In this document: in pieces, positions 55,992 through 64,000 of the stretch
Position numbering within the stretch: position 1 is the stretch's first letter
Layout: each line of letters begins with the position of its first letter
Assembly: GCA_964640085.1 (NCBI GenBank)
Contig: CAZXFA010000006.1
Location: 51,866 to 115,865 of the forward strand
Length of the DNA: 64,000 nucleotides
Direction of reading: 5' to 3'
Origin: an uncultured Actinomycetes bacterium
Lineage (GTDB): Bacteria; Actinomycetota; UBA4738; HRBIN12
Program-made: the position numbers and the translations under genes
Notes under the pieces: model-generated
Database searches by the model: none
Told to the model about the DNA's origin: nothing
What the model saw: only the letters and a program-made list of their open reading frames with translations

Positions 55992-56447
55992 ATGCTCGCC
56001 CGGCTCCGGTTCCTGTTCTGGAGCATCGTCTCCGGGGCGCTGGTGCTGGTGGTGGTGGGGATCCTCGTGCCCGGTGGGAGCGGCTCGTACCGATGGTTCC
56101 CGGCCGCCGTGGCCGTCTTCGGGGCGGGCGCCATGGGCGCGAGCCGATGGTCGAGCGCCCGCGCGCTCGACGCGAGCGATCCACAGAGGCTCGCCGCGTC
56201 GTTCGTACGCGCCACGATCGTGGGCGCGGCGCTCGCCGAATCCCCAGCGGTGATCGGCTCGGTGGGCTCGATGGCGACCGGCGACCCGTGGCCGGCGATC
56301 GTGGGCGGAGCGTGGGCCCTCCTCGCCTTCTCGTTCGTGGCCCCCAGCGAGACGAACCTCGATCGTCGGGAGACCCAGCTCCGCTCACAGGGCTCCTGGT
56401 ACTCGCTCCGGGAGGCGCTGGGGGTCGGAGAGGCTCCGAGCGCCTGA
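55992..56447 (+). CDS. Hypothetical membrane protein
   Basis: 151 aa with 4 predicted TM helices. Confidence 0.45.
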   Translation: MLARLRFLFWSIVSGALVLVVVGILVPGGSGSYRWFPAAVAVFGAGAMGASRWSSARALDASDPQRLAASFVRATIVGAALAESPAVIGSVGSMATGDPWPAIVGGAWALLAFSFVAPSETNLDRRETQLRSQGSWYSLREALGVGEAPSA

Positions 56448-56563
56448 GGGTCCGGGCCCCCGGGTCCCCTTCCGCCGGAACGGAGTAGACTCCGCGCCGT
56501 CGGGCGAGGCTCCGAACCGTTCGGCCCGGCATACCCGCGCTAGGCTGTTGGCCGAGGGACGAC

Positions 56564-56959
56564 GTGGCGAAGCGGAAGTCCGACATCGGGACGCTCTACA
56601 AGGGCAGTCCGGGCCAGTGGTCCTGGCTGGCCCACCGGATCACCGGGATCGCCGTCATCCTGTTCCTGTTCGCCCATGTGGTGGACACGGCGGTCGTGGG
56701 GTGGGGCCCGGACGCCTACAACCGCGTGACCGGCGTCTACCACAACTGGGTGGTGAAGCTGCTCGAGCTGGGACTGGTCGCGGCGGTGCTGTACCACGCG
56801 ATCAACGGCCTGAAGATCATGCTGTTCGACTTCTGGCCGTCGACCACCCGCTACATGAAGCCGCTTTCCCTGGCGTCGACGAGCGTGTTCCTGCTGGGGA
56901 TGGTGCCCATCACCTGGATCATGGGGCAGAGCATCCTCGAGTCGGCGGGGGTCCTGTGA
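56564..56959 (+). CDS. sdhC: Succinate dehydrogenase cytochrome b subunit
   Basis: SdhC signature HRITGIAV...H with 3 TM helices. Operon position. Confidence 0.8.
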   Translation: MAKRKSDIGTLYKGSPGQWSWLAHRITGIAVILFLFAHVVDTAVVGWGPDAYNRVTGVYHNWVVKLLELGLVAAVLYHAINGLKIMLFDFWPSTTRYMKPLSLASTSVFLLGMVPITWIMGQSILESAGVL

Positions 56960-57411
56960 TGGCGGTCAAGGCGCCCGAGCATCCATCCGCGCCCACCCCG
57001 CCCCGCCCGGGCGGCGTCCTCGGCTACCGGGGGCGCGAACGCCCAGCCGGCGGCTTCGAGCTGTGGTCGTGGCTGTTCATGCGGGTGAGCGGCGTGCTGC
57101 TGCTGGTGCTCGCCGTCGGCCACGTCCTGATCATGCACGTGGTCGACGAGGGCGTGGACCGGGTCGACTTCGGCTTCGTCGCCACCCGGTGGGGCAGCCC
57201 GTTCTGGCGGACGTGGGACTGGGCCCTGCTCGTGCTGGCGCTGATCCACGGGATCAACGGCCTGCGGGTGGTGGTCCAGGACTACGTTCGGTGGCCCGGA
57301 GCCCGTCTGGCCGTGAACATGCTCTTCTACTCGATCGGGTTCGTCCTGTTCGTGCTGGGGACGGTGATCGTGTTCACGTTCGACCCGAGCCGCTGGCCGG
57401 GGACCCTCTGA
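56959..57411 (+). CDS. sdhD: Succinate dehydrogenase hydrophobic membrane anchor subunit
   Basis: 150 aa with 3 TM helices. ATG overlaps the sdhC stop (TGATG). The ORF extension from 56548 is an artefact. Confidence 0.7.
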   Translation: MAVKAPEHPSAPTPPRPGGVLGYRGRERPAGGFELWSWLFMRVSGVLLLVLAVGHVLIMHVVDEGVDRVDFGFVATRWGSPFWRTWDWALLVLALIHGINGLRVVVQDYVRWPGARLAVNMLFYSIGFVLFVLGTVIVFTFDPSRWPGTL

Positions 57412-57415
57412 GCCG

Positions 57416-59152
57416 ATGACGACCGTCCACACCTACGACGCGGTGATCGTCGGCGCCGGCGGTGCCGGGCTGCGGGCCGCGATCGAGGCCTCCTCCCACG
57501 TTCGGACCGCCGTGATCTCCAAGCTGTACCCCACGCGCTCGCACACCGGGACCGCGCAGGGCGGGGTCTGCGCGGCGTTGGCCAACGTGGAGGAGGACTA
57601 CCCCGAGTGGCATGCGTTCGACACCGTGAAGGGTGGCGACTACCTGGTGGACCAACCCGCCGCCCAGCTGATGTGCGAGGAAGCGATCGACGCGATCTAC
57701 GAGCTCGAGCACTGGGGCCTGCCGTTCAACCGGACCCCCGACGGCAAGATCGACCAGCGGCGGTTCGGCGGACACACGCGCAACCATGGCGAGGCGCCGG
57801 TCAGGCGGGCGTGTTACGCGGCCGACCGGACCGGCCACATGATCCTGCAGACGCTCTACCAACAATGCGTCAAGCGCAACGTTCGGTTCTTCAACGAGTT
57901 CTACGTCCTGGACCAGCTCATGACCGACGGGCGGTGCTCGGGCGTGGTCGCGTACGAGCTGACCACCGGCGAGCTGCACGTGTTCCGCGCCAAGGCCGTC
58001 CTGTACGCGACCGGCGGTTCCGGCCGGATGTACCGGGTCTCCTCGAACGCCCACACGCTCACCGGTGACGGGCCGGCGGTCCTGTTCCGCCGCGGCATCC
58101 CGCTCGAGGACATGGAGTTCTTCCAGTTCCATCCCACGGGCGTCTACAAGATGGGGATCCTGCTCTCGGAGGCGGTGCGCGGCGAGGGCGGGATCCTCCT
58201 CAACGCCGACGAAGAGCGCTTCATGGAGCGCTACGCGCCGACCGTGAAGGACCTCGCACCGCGCGACATGGTCTCCCGCGCGATCTTCCAGGAGATCAGG
58301 GAGGGCCGCGGCGCCGGACCGAACCGCGATGCGGTGTGGCTGGACGTCCGACACCTGCCGCGGGAGGTTATCGAGGAGAAGCTCCCCGACGTGACCGAGT
58401 TCGCGCGCGTGTACCTGGGCGTGGAGCCGACGACCGAGCTGGTCCCGATCCAACCGACGGCCCACTACGCGATGGGCGGGATCCCGACCGACGTGGACGG
58501 GCGGGTGGTCGTCGACGAGGAGGAGACCACGGTGCCCGGCCTGTACGCGGCCGGGGAGTGCGCGTGCGTGAGCGTGCATGGAGCGAACCGGCTGGGGACG
58601 AACTCGCTGCTCGACATCGTGGTGTTCGGCCGTCGGGGAGGGAAGCACCTGGCCGGGTACGCGGGCGAGGCCGATCTCCGCGAGCTCCCCGAGCGCCCGG
58701 AGGGCATGGTCGAGGACCTGGTGGAGGGCCTCCGAGGCCGCGCGGAAGGGGCGAACGCCGCGGACATCCGCGCCGAGCTCCAGGAGCAGATGCAGGATCT
58801 GGCGTTCGTCGTCCGGAGCGAGGAGAGCCTGCGGAAGATGGGGGAGATCCTGGACGCGCTGCGCGAGCGTTACGAGCGCGTGTACGTCCAGGACACCGGA
58901 CGGATGTTCAACACGGAGCTGATGGAGGCGGTGGAGCTCGGGTTCCTACTGGACTGCGCCGACGCGACCGTGGCGGCCGCCCTCGCGCGCGACGAGAGCC
59001 GGGGCGCGCACTACCGCGAGGACCACCCGCTGCGCGACGACGAGCACTGGTTGAAGCACTCGCTGGCGTACCGGGAGGACGACGGCCGGATCCGCCTCGC
59101 GTCCAAGCCCGTGAAGCTGGGCCCGTACGTCCCCATGGAGCGGAAGTACTGA
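57416..59152 (+). CDS. sdhA: Succinate dehydrogenase flavoprotein subunit
   Basis: FAD-binding [26 protein letters not shown] (covalent FAD His), C-terminal HYAMGGI. Confidence 0.95.
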   Translation: MTTVHTYDAVIVGAGGAGLRAAIEASSHVRTAVISKLYPTRSHTGTAQGGVCAALANVEEDYPEWHAFDTVKGGDYLVDQPAAQLMCEEAIDAIYELEHWGLPFNRTPDGKIDQRRFGGHTRNHGEAPVRRACYAADRTGHMILQTLYQQCVKRNVRFFNEFYVLDQLMTDGRCSGVVAYELTTGELHVFRAKAVLYATGGSGRMYRVSSNAHTLTGDGPAVLFRRGIPLEDMEFFQFHPTGVYKMGILLSEAVRGEGGILLNADEERFMERYAPTVKDLAPRDMVSRAIFQEIREGRGAGPNRDAVWLDVRHLPREVIEEKLPDVTEFARVYLGVEPTTELVPIQPTAHYAMGGIPTDVDGRVVVDEEETTVPGLYAAGECACVSVHGANRLGTNSLLDIVVFGRRGGKHLAGYAGEADLRELPERPEGMVEDLVEGLRGRAEGANAADIRAELQEQMQDLAFVVRSEESLRKMGEILDALRERYERVYVQDTGRMFNTELMEAVELGFLLDCADATVAAALARDESRGAHYREDHPLRDDEHWLKHSLAYREDDGRIRLASKPVKLGPYVPMERKY

Positions 59153-59925
59153 TGGCGGACACCGACGACCTGGGCGAGGTGCTGGAGACCTCGGATCGAC
59201 GGGAGGCAGGAGCCGCGCGCAGGGTCTCCCTCACGCTGAAGGTCCGTCGGTTCAACCCCGAGCTTCGAGGCGAGGAGTCGTGGTGGGACGAGTTCAGGAT
59301 CCAGGCCGATCCCGACGACCGGCTCCTGGACGCGTTGCACCAGGTGAAGTGGTACCACGACGGCACCCTCGCCCTGAGACGCTCGTGCGCGCACGGGATC
59401 TGCGGCTCGGACGCGATGATGGTCAACGGCCAGAACCGGTTGGCGTGCAAGATCATCGTCCGCGACGTCATCCCGAGGGTGACGGTCGAACCGATCCGCG
59501 GACTGCCGGTGCTCAAGGACCTGATCGTCGACATGGAGCCGTTCTTCGCCGGGTACCGCTCCGTGCTGCCCTACCTGATCAACGACTCGGGCGAGCCCGT
59601 CCAGGAGCGCGTCCAGTCTCCGGAGGAGCGGCACCGGTTCGACGACACCACCAAGTGCATCCTCTGCGCGGCCTGCACGACCTCGTGCCCGATCTTCTGG
59701 GGGGACGAGGAGTACGTCGGCCCGGCGGCGATCGTGAACGCCCATCGGTTCATCTACGACTCGCGCGACGAGGCCGCGGACGAGCGTCTCCGGATCCTGG
59801 CCGACAAGACGGGCGTGTTCCGCTGTCGGACCACGTTCAACTGCACGGAGGCGTGCCCCAGGGGGATCGAGGTCACCAAGGCGATCCAGGAGGTCAAGCG
59901 CTCGATCCTGTTCGAGCGCTTCTAG
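59152..59925 (+). CDS. sdhB: Succinate dehydrogenase iron-sulfur subunit
   Basis: 2Fe-2S CAHGICGSD, 4Fe-4S CILCAACTTSCP, 3Fe-4S CRTTFNCTEACP. ATG overlaps the sdhA stop. Confidence 0.9.
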   Translation: MADTDDLGEVLETSDRREAGAARRVSLTLKVRRFNPELRGEESWWDEFRIQADPDDRLLDALHQVKWYHDGTLALRRSCAHGICGSDAMMVNGQNRLACKIIVRDVIPRVTVEPIRGLPVLKDLIVDMEPFFAGYRSVLPYLINDSGEPVQERVQSPEERHRFDDTTKCILCAACTTSCPIFWGDEEYVGPAAIVNAHRFIYDSRDEAADERLRILADKTGVFRCRTTFNCTEACPRGIEVTKAIQEVKRSILFERF

Positions 59926-59950
59926 CCTCCGGCCCTGGAGGTCTTCGGGC

Positions 59951-61018
59951 GTGTCCCACCTCGTGACGCTGATCCCCGGGGACGGCATCGGCTCGGAGGT
60001 GGCCGAGGCAACGCGCCGGGTGCTCGGGGCCACCGGCCTGGGCTTCGAGTGGGTCGTCGAGGAGGCGGGCGCCCACGTCCTGGAGCGCGAGGGCTCGGTC
60101 CTGCCGGACCGGGTCCTGGAGCGGATCCGGGCCTCCCGGGTCGCGATCAAGGGCCCGATCACGACGCCCGTCGGCTCGGGCTTCCGGAGCGCGAACGTCG
60201 CCCTGCGACAGGAGCTCGACCTGTTCGCGGCGGTCCGCCCGTCGCGCTCCCTCCCCGGCGTGCCCACGCCTCACCCCGATGTCGACTTGGTCGTGATCCG
60301 GGAGAACACCGAGGACCTGTACCGGGGGATCGAGTTCCGACGCGGCTCCCCCGAGTCGGCCGCGCTCCGTGCCGAGCTCCGGCGGCTGAGCGGGCGCGAG
60401 GTCCGCGAGGACTCGGGTTTCACGCTGAAGCCGATCAGCGTGGCGGGCACCCGCCGGATCGTGCGGTTCGCGTTCGAGTACACGAGGGCCAACGGGCGCC
60501 GGAGGATCACTCTCGGGCACAAGGCGAACATCATGCGGTTCTCGGACGGGTTGTTCCGCCGGATCGGGATCGAGGAGGCGGAGACCCACCCCGACGTGGC
60601 GTTCGAAGAGATGCAGATCGACCAGCTCTCGATGCGCCTGCCGCGCGAGCCCGGGATGTTCGACGTGCTGCTGCTCCCGAACCTGTACGGGGACATCCTG
60701 TCCGACCTGTGCGCCGGGCTCGTCGGCGGCCTGGGTCTCGCGGCCGGCGCGAACCTCGGCTGGGAGTACGCGGTGTTCGAGCCGGTCCACGGGAGCGCGC
60801 CGGACATCGCCGGCCGGGGGATCGCGAACCCGATCGCGATGATCCTGTCCGGCGCGATGCTGCTTCGGCACCTGGGGGAGGCCGAGGCGGCCCTGGCGGT
60901 GGAACGGGCGGTCGATCGGGTGCTCGGGGAGGGCTGGGAGCGCACGCCCGATCTCGGCGGGACCTCGACCACCGATGCGGTGGCGGGGGCGATCGTGCGG
61001 GCCCTCGGCGAGGCCTGA
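59951..61018 (+). CDS. icd: NAD-dependent isocitrate dehydrogenase (isocitrate/isopropylmalate dehydrogenase family)
   Basis: 355 aa. IRENTEDLYRGIEF and NLYGDILSDL family motifs. Sits inside the TCA gene block. Confidence 0.75.
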   Translation: MSHLVTLIPGDGIGSEVAEATRRVLGATGLGFEWVVEEAGAHVLEREGSVLPDRVLERIRASRVAIKGPITTPVGSGFRSANVALRQELDLFAAVRPSRSLPGVPTPHPDVDLVVIRENTEDLYRGIEFRRGSPESAALRAELRRLSGREVREDSGFTLKPISVAGTRRIVRFAFEYTRANGRRRITLGHKANIMRFSDGLFRRIGIEEAETHPDVAFEEMQIDQLSMRLPREPGMFDVLLLPNLYGDILSDLCAGLVGGLGLAAGANLGWEYAVFEPVHGSAPDIAGRGIANPIAMILSGAMLLRHLGEAEAALAVERAVDRVLGEGWERTPDLGGTSTTDAVAGAIVRALGEA

Positions 61019-61114
61019 AGCCCCGACGCCCCCGGGACCGGCGGGCTGGCCCGCCCCGGCCAGGTGCGGTAGAAAGGTGGGGAAGGAACCGAACGCGAGG
61101 CCAGGAGGTCCGAG

Positions 61115-61318
61115 ATGCAAGGCAAGGTCGGTGACCGGATCGTCGTGGAGTCCGAGACCGTCGGCCAGCCCACCCGCGAGGGCGAGATCCTCGAGGTGAT
61201 CGAGGGCGAGGTGGGCCTCCGCTACCGCGTCCGTTGGGACGACGGTCACGAGTCGATCTTCACGCCAAGCGGAGGCTCGGCCCGCGTGATCCGCAGGCGG
61301 GGGAAGAAGGCCAGCTGA
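61115..61318 (+). CDS. DUF1918 domain protein
   Basis: 67 aa with AGGAGG RBS. Conserved small actinobacterial protein pattern. Confidence 0.5.
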   Translation: MQGKVGDRIVVESETVGQPTREGEILEVIEGEVGLRYRVRWDDGHESIFTPSGGSARVIRRRGKKAS

Positions 61319-61339
61319 CGATCAGTGACGGTGTCCCTC

Positions 61340-61358
61340 GGGGCCCGCACCGGGCCCC
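61340..61358. terminator. GC hairpin between convergent genes (possible bidirectional terminator)
   Basis: GGGGCCC-GCACC-GGGCCCC perfect 7-bp stem with 5-nt loop, 22 nt after the DUF1918 stop. No U-tract. Confidence 0.3.
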
Positions 61359-61542
61359 CGGGGGAGCTGTCAGCACCCCGGTTCGCCCAGGTGCCCGCAG
61401 CACTGTCGCCTAGAGAAGGTCGCGCGAGCACGGTTGCGCAGCGCCAAGCCCACCTTCGTCCAGATCGGCGCCTCGAACTCGCGCCAGTTCGTGGAGAACG
61501 CCCGCGCGTGCTCGGCGAGGAGTTCGAAGAACCGCCGAACGG

Positions 61543-62184
61543 TCACTTCCCTCCGCCGTCGGAAAGGTGGTAGCTCTCGACCGGGATCCGCAGGTCGTCG
61601 GGCAGGAAGTCGTTCCTCCGCCAGGGTTGGATGGTTTCGGCGTAGAAGTCCCGACCCTCGCAGTCGTTGACCACCCAGACCGGGAAGTCCTCGACCTCCA
61701 TCGCCCGCACCGCCTCCGTCCCCAGCTCGGGGAAGGCGATCACCTGCTGCGAGCGGACCTGGAGCGCGGCCAGCGCTCCCCCGCCGCCGAGCGCCGCCAT
61801 GTAGACGGCGGTGTGCTCCTTCAGCTGCTCCCGGACCGCCGGACCGCGGCCGCCCTTGCCGATGATGCCCTTCAGGCCGATCTCGAGCAGGCGGGGGGTG
61901 TACGTGTCCATCCGGTTGGCGGTGGTGGGGCCGGCCGCGCCGATCGCGTTCCCGGGGCGCTCGGGCGTGGGGCCGACGTAGTAGACGATCTGCCCCGCCG
62001 GGTCGAACGGCAGGGGCTCCCCCCGATCGAGCATCTCGATCAGGACCTTGTGGGCGGCATCACGCGCCGAGTAGACCGTGCCGTTGACCAGCACCACGTC
62101 GCCCGCGTGGAGCTGCCGCACGTCCTCCTCGGAGAGCGGCGCGCGGATCCGCTTCCGCCCGTCCTCCAGGACCTCGACCGCCAT
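61543..62184 (-). CDS. fumB: Class I fumarate hydratase beta subunit (Fe-S hydro-lyase, tartrate/fumarate subfamily)
   Basis: MAVEVL... 213 aa C-terminal catalytic-domain subunit. ATG at 62184 lies 2 nt from the alpha-subunit stop. Confidence 0.75.
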   Translation of the reverse strand: MAVEVLEDGRKRIRAPLSEEDVRQLHAGDVVLVNGTVYSARDAAHKVLIEMLDRGEPLPFDPAGQIVYYVGPTPERPGNAIGAAGPTTANRMDTYTPRLLEIGLKGIIGKGGRGPAVREQLKEHTAVYMAALGGGGALAALQVRSQQVIAFPELGTEAVRAMEVEDFPVWVVNDCEGRDFYAETIQPWRRNDFLPDDLRIPVESYHLSDGGGK

Positions 62185-62186
62185 CG

Positions 62187-63041
62187 TCAGATCACCCTCG
62201 TCCCGGTCCGATGGGCGTGGCACTCGATGTTCACGGCCACCGGGAGCGACGCGATGTGCGTCGCCATCGTCTCGACGTGCACGGCCAGAACCGTCTGCGT
62301 CCCGCCGAGCGCCTCGGGACCGAGCCCCAGCGCGTTGCACTTCTCGTAGAGCTCGGCCTCGAGCTCGGCGATCTGGGGGTCATCGCTCGGCCGGCCGACC
62401 TTGCGCATCAGCGCCTTCTTGGCGAGCACCGCCGACAGCTCGAAGTCCCCGCCGACCCCGACCCCGATGATCCCCGGCGGGCAGGCGTTCGGACCGGACT
62501 CGGCCACCGCCTTGAGGACGAAGTGCTTCACGCCCTCGATCCCGTCCGCGGGCTTCAGCATGGCGTGCTTGGCCATGTTCTCCGATCCGGCGCCCTTGGC
62601 GTCGATCTGGATCCGGATCTGGTCGCCGGGCACGACCCGCGTGTGGACGAAGGCGGGCGTGTTGTCCCCGGTGTTCTTCCGCTCGAAGAGCGGGTCGCGG
62701 ACGATCGAGCCGCGGAGGTACCCGTCCGTGTACCCCTGCCGGACGCCCTCGTCGATCGCGGCGTACAGGTCGCCGTCCGTCACGTGCACGTCTTGCCCGA
62801 GGTCGAGGAACACCACCGTGTACCCCGTGTCCTGGCAGTAGGGGTACTCACCCTCGGCCGCGAGGTCCTGGTTGCGGATCAGCAGGTCGAGCACCTGGCG
62901 TCCGAGCGGCGACTCCTCCTTCTCCCGGGCGCGCTGCATCAGCTCCACCATCTCGGGGGGGACCGTGTAGCAGATCTCCATGCATAGATCGCGCACCACG
63001 CGCGTGATCTCGGCGGCGTCGACCTCCCGGGCGGGGCCCAT
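62187..63041 (-). CDS. fumA: Class I fumarate hydratase alpha subunit (Fe-S hydro-lyase)
   Basis: 284 aa with Cys ligands (CYTVP..., CQDTG, C-terminal CH). Fumarate_lyase class I N-terminal domain. Confidence 0.75.
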   Translation of the reverse strand: MGPAREVDAAEITRVVRDLCMEICYTVPPEMVELMQRAREKEESPLGRQVLDLLIRNQDLAAEGEYPYCQDTGYTVVFLDLGQDVHVTDGDLYAAIDEGVRQGYTDGYLRGSIVRDPLFERKNTGDNTPAFVHTRVVPGDQIRIQIDAKGAGSENMAKHAMLKPADGIEGVKHFVLKAVAESGPNACPPGIIGVGVGGDFELSAVLAKKALMRKVGRPSDDPQIAELEAELYEKCNALGLGPEALGGTQTVLAVHVETMATHIASLPVAVNIECHAHRTGTRVI

Positions 63042-63094
63042 GACCCTCCCATGCTATCGCCCGCCGCTTCGCCCCGTCGGGGACGGGTGAGAGG

Positions 63095-63694
63095 ATGACC
63101 CCCCCGATGCGCGAGATCCTGTCCACGGCGCGGCCGAAGCCACTGCGCCTGGCCGGGTTCCTGGCCCTGTCGGCCGGCGCGGTCGCCGCCGGCGCCGGAG
63201 CGACCCGCGACTGGGTCGTGGTCGGCTTCCCGGGCGACGTCGCCGGCGCGGCCGACGCGTCGGTCCGCGGGATCGACGTGTGGGAGGGGAAGGCGGCGCT
63301 CCTGCTCGCGGTCGGGACGCTCGTCGCGATGCTCGCGCTCCGTCTGGCGCGGTCCTCCTCGGTCCGGACGGTGATCGCGGTCCTGCTGATCGCGTTCGGC
63401 GCGGCCGACACCGTCCTCCCGCCGATGGTCGTCGCCTGTGCACGGGGGCGGTTCGTCGAGGCGGAGGGGCTCGACCGGATCGCCCGCGCCCTTGCGCCCG
63501 AGCTCGACCTGCCGCAGGACGTCGTCCGGGAGCAGCTTGAGCGGCAGTTCGGCGCCCTGCTGCGGGTGGACGTGGCGTCGGGCCCGTGGATCTCGGCCGC
63601 GGGCGGGGTGCTGATCCTGCTCGGCGCCGGTCTCAGTCTGGCCTGGGCGCGCCGCCCCCGTCCGCGGAAGGAACACTCGGTCCCTGACGCCTAG
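63095..63694 (+). CDS. Hypothetical membrane protein
   Basis: 199 aa with 4 TM segments. Confidence 0.45.
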   Translation: MTPPMREILSTARPKPLRLAGFLALSAGAVAAGAGATRDWVVVGFPGDVAGAADASVRGIDVWEGKAALLLAVGTLVAMLALRLARSSSVRTVIAVLLIAFGAADTVLPPMVVACARGRFVEAEGLDRIARALAPELDLPQDVVREQLERQFGALLRVDVASGPWISAAGGVLILLGAGLSLAWARRPRPRKEHSVPDA

Positions 63695-64000
63695 AGCTTG
63701 GCCAGGTCGGCGCACTTCGCGCGGATCTGCTCGGCCGCCGCTCGCAGAGTCCGCAGCTCATCGGCGTCCAGCTCGAGCTCCACGATCTCCGCCACCCCGG
63801 CGCGCGAGAGCCGGACGGGAACGCCGACGTACACCTCGTGGATCCCGTACTGCCCGGTGCACCAGGCGCAGACCGGCAGGAGCTCCTCCGTGTTGTGGAC
63901 GATCGACTCGACCATCTTCGTCACCGCGGCCGACGGCGCGTAGTACGCGCTCCCCTTCTTCAGGAGCCCTACGATCTCGGCGCCCGCGTCCCGCGTCCGC
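63691..64000 (-). CDS. mdh: Malate dehydrogenase (LDH-like family), C-terminal part; the gene continues past the window edge
   Basis: Reverse-frame translation ...GAEIVGLLKKGSAYYAPSAAVTKMVESIVHNTEELLPVCAWCTGQYGIHEVYVGVPVRL... matches the MDH/LDH C-terminal domain. Confidence 0.8.
   Translation of the reverse strand, partial: RTRDAGAEIVGLLKKGSAYYAPSAAVTKMVESIVHNTEELLPVCAWCTGQYGIHEVYVGVPVRLSRAGVAEIVELELDADELRTLRAAAEQIRAKCADLAKL

Noticed and set aside
1-64000. Search for CRISPR arrays, tRNA/rRNA genes, transposases, integrases or phage genes
   Set aside because: No direct-repeat/spacer periodicity, no tRNA-like cloverleaf-rich AT islands, and no recognisable transposase or integrase ORFs. Low-GC islands are limited to short promoter-like spacers.

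Overview
This is a very high-GC (about 70-73%) chromosomal segment, most likely from an actinobacterium. Evidence for that is the NADPH-dependent F420 reductase, the acyl-CoA carboxylase epsilon subunit, crotonyl-CoA carboxylase/reductase and the GTG-rich start-codon usage. It is densely coding (about 60 genes), and most genes are core metabolism arranged in operons with overlapping stop/start codons.

Main gene blocks, left to right:
- an orphan 2-oxoacid dehydrogenase E1-alpha gene and a five-gene Liv-type branched-chain amino-acid ABC importer;
- a tyrosine phosphatase translationally coupled to a truncated pyruvate-phosphate-dikinase-like protein that has a novel C-terminus;
- a minus-strand four-gene DNA-end-processing operon, nurA-like / herA-like / sbcD / sbcC;
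- a histidine-kinase-like protein with a degenerate H-box;
- acyl-CoA and ethylmalonyl-CoA-type genes: thiolase, two acyl-CoA dehydrogenases, methylmalonyl-CoA epimerase, crotonyl-CoA carboxylase/reductase, 3-hydroxybutyryl-CoA dehydrogenase, pccB plus epsilon subunit, accA/pccA, birA, and an acyl-CoA mutase catalytic subunit;
- two paralogous ECF sigma / membrane anti-sigma modules flanking a GH5-like lipoprotein;
- a cupin-GT4-GT2 trio;
- a large adenylate cyclase / AAA / TPR signalling protein;
- a cluster of SCP-x-type thiolases and DUF35 proteins;
- an RCK-type channel with an atypical selectivity filter;
- a TCA-cycle block: sdhCDAB, an NAD-type isocitrate dehydrogenase, a two-subunit class I fumarase and the start of mdh.

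I found no rRNA, tRNA, CRISPR array or transposase/integrase. The many very long ORFs lying antisense to real genes are GC-driven artefacts.

The most unusual content is the archaeal-style nurA-herA-sbcDC operon and the phosphatase / PPDK-like pair.
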